Shown: in pieces, positions 59,832 through 64,000 of the stretch | Layout of the letters: each line of letters opens with the position of its first letter | Position numbering within the stretch: the stretch's first letter is position 1 | Origin: Malacoraja senta | Taxonomy: Eukaryota | DNA: 64,000 bases | Assembly: GCA_038087875.1 (NCBI GenBank) | Contig: CM075992.1 | Coordinates: 6,822,001 to 6,886,000, forward strand | Direction: 5' to 3' | The notes under the pieces: model-generated | Databases searched by the model: none | Seen by the model: only the letters and a program-made list of their open reading frames with translations | What the model was told of the DNA's origin: nothing | Position numbers and translations under genes: made by a program

Positions 59832-62800
59832 TATCTAGGTGTAAGGGGGTGGTGGGTTGTGGGAGTGGGGAAGGAAGCAGGGTGGCAAAAAGACCAAAGA
59901 AGGGTCAGACTTGAAACATCATCTGTCCATTCCCTCCACAGCTGCTGCCTGACCCGCTGAGTTACTCCAGCACTTTGTTTTTTTCCCCCCTCAAGATTCC
60001 GCAGTCGGCAGTCTCTAGTGTCCATTATAATTACGGATTTTAATGCAGCTATACTTTACAAGTGTTGTGCAACCAGAACTCAAACATTACTGCAATGCAG
60101 CCTGACCAACAATTGGCACAACTGTAACATGATGCTGTAGGAAGGATGGGATTAACCAAGAGAGGGTACAGAAACGATTCAGAGTGTTGTTGCCAGGACT
60201 AGAGGGTTTGAGTTATAAGGAGACATTGTGTAGATGGACATTGGAAACAAAATAGTGGAGAAAATAAAAACACCTCTGGAGTGAACCAAAAAGTATCCAT
60301 GTAAATTCTAGTTCTATTTATAACACATCACATCACAGATAAATGACTGTCAACCAGAAACTTTCAACCTCTCAACTTCTCTCTCCTTCCACTGGCAGGG
60401 CAAAACTTTGCCCCATGTTTGCCATTCTTATTCATGTAGTTCTGGGGTCGATCTGGAAAAGGTTCCAAATGTCTCCAAATTTGACTGCTCTGCCATTGGG
60501 TGTCTTGTCCTGGTGGTCACACATCAAACTCTGGGAAAGCCCTCCCTCTATCACTAACTCTGATTAGTGGTAGAGAGGGAAAACATAGAAACATAGAACA
60601 TAGGTGCAGGAGTAGGCCATTCAGCCCTTCGAGCCAGCACCGCCATTCAATATGATCATGGCTGATCATCCAAAATCAGTACCCCGTTCCTGCTTTCTCC
60701 CCGTATTCCTTTAGACCGTTAGCCCCAAGAGCTCTAACTCTCTCTTGAAAAACATCCAGTGAATCGGCCTCCACTGCCTTCTGTGGCAGAGAATTCCACA
60801 GATTCACAACTCCATGGGTGAAGTAAAGGAAAAAGTCTGAAAATTGTGGTTCAACCTTGGAACCTTGAGCCTAAAAGTGCCAGGAAAGTTAAGTTTAGTT
60901 TATTATTGTCACGTGTACTGAGGTACAGTGAAAATATTTTTTTTATTGTGTGCTATACATGTTTACAATCAAGCAGTCTTCAGTGTACAGATACAGATAA
61001 AGGGAATAACATTTAGTGCAAGACAAAGTCCAATAAAATCTGCTTAAAGATAGTCCAAGGGTCGTCAATAAGGTAGATGGTGATAGGATGGTTCAGTTGC
61101 CTGATAAAGGATAGGAAGAAATTGTCCCTGAATCTGGTGATGTGCATTTATGATATTGATCTGCCAGCAGTCATAAAAACACAAAATACATGAAACATGA
61201 ACTTAAAGTGATGAGTGGAAAGGATTGGGGATATCCAAAGTTTGGGGATGGGGGGGGGGGGGGGGTAGTCAGTCCTTCCAATAAGGGCGGCACGGTGGCT
61301 ACAGGTGCTTGTCTGTACAGAGTATGTACGTTCTCCCCGTGACCTGTGTGGGTTTACTCTGAGATTTTCGGTTTTCTCCCACAGTCCAAAGGTGTATTGG
61401 CTTGGTATAAATGTAAAAACAAATCCTAGCATGTTTTTATGTAAGGTAGTGTTAATGTGCGGGGATCGCTGGTCGGTGCCAAAGGGCCTGTTTCTGCGCT
61501 GTATCTCTAAACTAAACTAAACTAAACACTAAGGACACTCCGGGGCAATGTTCTCCTATTTCTCCAGTGCATTCCCATGCCTCCTCCAGTGTACATTATT
61601 GGTCCATTGAGGTTACACCAGTTTACTCTCTGTCTTTCTGCCTCGCGAAATCACCGAACAAAAGTTGCAAACTAGGATTTTCAGTGAATCACAGGGAGAT
61701 TTGCTGAGCAATAAGCAATATATTAAAATAGATAAATTGCCACCCCCATTTAATGTGTAGGTGACTGACAATCTTGTAGGAAATAGAAAATAAAATGTTG
61801 AGTATGTTTACTTGGCAGCTGTTTCGATAAATAACAAATTATAAGTTGGAAAGTGTGAAGCAGAGATTCACCAGGAGTTTATGCGGGCTTGTGGCTTGAG
61901 GAAGAGGGAGTAGTTGGAAAAGCTGGGACTTTTTCCTTGGAGCGTAGGGGGCCGAGGGGTGACCTTATAGAGGTGCACAAGATCATGAGGGACATGGATA
62001 AAGTGGACGCTCACATCATTTTGCTCAGGGTAGAGGATTGTAAAACTAGAGGGCACAGGCTTCAGGTGAGAGGGGAGAGATTTAACATAGAGCACAGGGA
62101 TGGCCCTTCGGCCCACATTGTTTGCACCAATTATGATGCCATTAAGCTTATATTACCTGCCTGTACATGATCCATATCAAAAAAGCTCAGATATAAACCA
62201 TGAATAGATACAATCAGTTCAAACTCAAGTACAATAGGTAGAGCAAAGGGGACGAACGATACAGAGTGCAGAATACTGTATAGTTCTCAGCATTGTAGCG
62301 CATCAGGGAGTGAAAGATTTGTTCCTGAGGTCCCATGTGCTCTGTGGAGTAGAGGAGAATATTTCAGTAGTGAAGGAAGGAACTGCAGATGCTGATTTAA
62401 ATCGAAGATAGACACAAAATGCTGGAGTAACTCAGGCAGCATCTCTGGAGAGAAGGAATGGGTGACGTTTCGGGTGGAGACCCTTCTTCAGATCAGTCTG
62501 AATTGGACAGTACCATGGTTTATGCAAGGACTGTTCAGAATGCCTGATAACAGAGGGGAAGAAGCTGTCCCTGAGCACTTTGTGGCACCTGTATTTTCTG
62601 CCAGGTGGGAGCAGGGAGAAGGAGAAAAAGACTGTGCTGGAGTTTAGTTTAGTGATACAGCGCGGAAACAGGCCCTTCAGCCCACAGTGTCCACACCGCC
62701 CAGAGATCCCCGCGCACCAACCACTACCCTACACACACTAGGGACAATTTCACATTTACACCAAGCCAATTAACCTACAAACCTGTACGTCTTTGAAGTG

Positions 62801-62906
62801 TGGGAGGAAACCGAAGATGTCGGGGGAAAAAACCCACGCAGGTCATGGGGAGAACGTACAGACAAGCACCCGTAGTCAGGATCGCACCGGGTCTCTGGCG
62901 CTGTAA

Positions 62907-62960
62907 AGGGCCTGTCCCACTTGGGCCGTCATTTACGCGACATCATTTACGCGTCACGAC
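62907..62960. mobile_element. Truncated Harbinger-type end nested in a SINE
   Basis: AGGGCCTGTCCCAC follows TAA inside the SINE motif gctgTAA|ggcagc. It has nearly the same terminus as the 10457 MITE. Confidence 0.6.
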
Positions 62961-64000
62961 GCAGTAGCTCTACCGCTGCGCCACCGTGCCGCCCTAAATG
63001 ATGGATTCCCTCGTGGCAAATACCGAATAATCTGAACAATCCCTCACGCCCTCTGTATGTCAGAAGGTCGCCTTATCCTGGAACTAATGGGCACATAAAC
63101 ATCTGGTACGATGCTTTAGCCATCTTGTCCCTCTGTAGGTGCACAAAAATGCTGGAGAAACTTAGCGGGTGCAGCAGCATCTATGGAGCGAAGGAAATAG
63201 GCAACTTTTCGGGCCGAAACCCTTCTTCAGACCCTTGTCCATTGTCCCTATGTAACCCAGCTTCAACGACTCGGCGATTATACGATGCTTTAATGTCACA
63301 TGCACCTAGTGCAGTGAGATGCTTTGTTTTACATCCAACCTGGTAAAACCACACATCAGGTCGCAGCCTCTGATTTTAGTTCAAAACCTGTGAACTCGCT
63401 GCACCAACCACCTCCCCATCCCCAACTACAAATATGTTGGAGTTTACAACTTTCCAAATAACACCTAGAAAACCTAATGCAAATCTCCAGTCTGAAGAAG
63501 GGTCTCGACCCGAAAACGTCAACTGTCCCTTCTCCCTAGACATGATGCCTGACCCGCTGAGTTACTCCAGCATGTTGTACCTATCTTATGTGTAAGACCA
63601 GCATCTGCAGTTCCTTCCTGCACACATCTCCATTGCACCATCCATTCCCTGTCGCTGGTCCTCTTGTGTCAGAGATTCTGGCGTTTGTGCCATTGTTTTG
63701 AACGCTGGTTGGCAAAGATCCATCGATAACCTTTGAAGGATCTCTCAAGCACTTGTCAACAGAATGTTAGAATTCCACAGCCTTTAGCATGCTGGTGTGG
63801 GATATTTCAGAAGACCCAGGAATATAAACAGCAAGCTACTGGCAGGTTTCAAACAGAAATGCGTACTGATAGATTTGTGTCGAGATTTGCTTGTGTTTCA
63901 GTTGGGGGTATTCCTCGAACATTAGGGCTCAGTCTTTGGTTGGTGAGTTGGGTTTGACCCACATCTTCTCCACTTCCATCCAATGTGGTTGACCTGCCCC

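Noticed and set aside
58660..60230. Similar ~130-bp segments at about 58680 and 60097 as a local duplication of functional DNA
   Set aside because: Both look like decayed CR1-type LINE pieces.

Overview
Vertebrate genomic DNA, most likely a skate or ray (inferred from the HE1/V-SINE-like repeat content). The + strand carries the last 8 coding exons of SMARCA4/BRG1 (546-15208; LxCxE motif, AT-hook, bromodomain). After ~20 kb of intergenic DNA comes a complete 18-exon LDLR (ATG 35655, TGA 53090, ~862 aa, 7 LA repeats) with a perfect SRE-1 in a GC-box promoter. An intact-ORF Tc1/Passport-like DD34E transposon (20861-22476) lies in the intergenic region. The rest is dense in tRNA-headed V-SINEs and in CR1, Rex1/Babar and Penelope fragments. 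Four signals stand out. (1) Two short TSD-flanked retro-insertions begin exactly at an HDV/CPEB3-like ribozyme fold (46383-46692, 17510-17627). (2) A high-copy Penelope-derived repeat carries a minimal hammerhead core and forms long palindromes. (3) Two splice routes could put a premature stop in the SMARCA4 bromodomain. (4) The LDLR 3' UTR has five Pumilio elements and a possible pseudoknot next to its ARE. Coordinates were counted by hand; repeat boundaries are approximate; comparisons with other species are from recall, not alignment.
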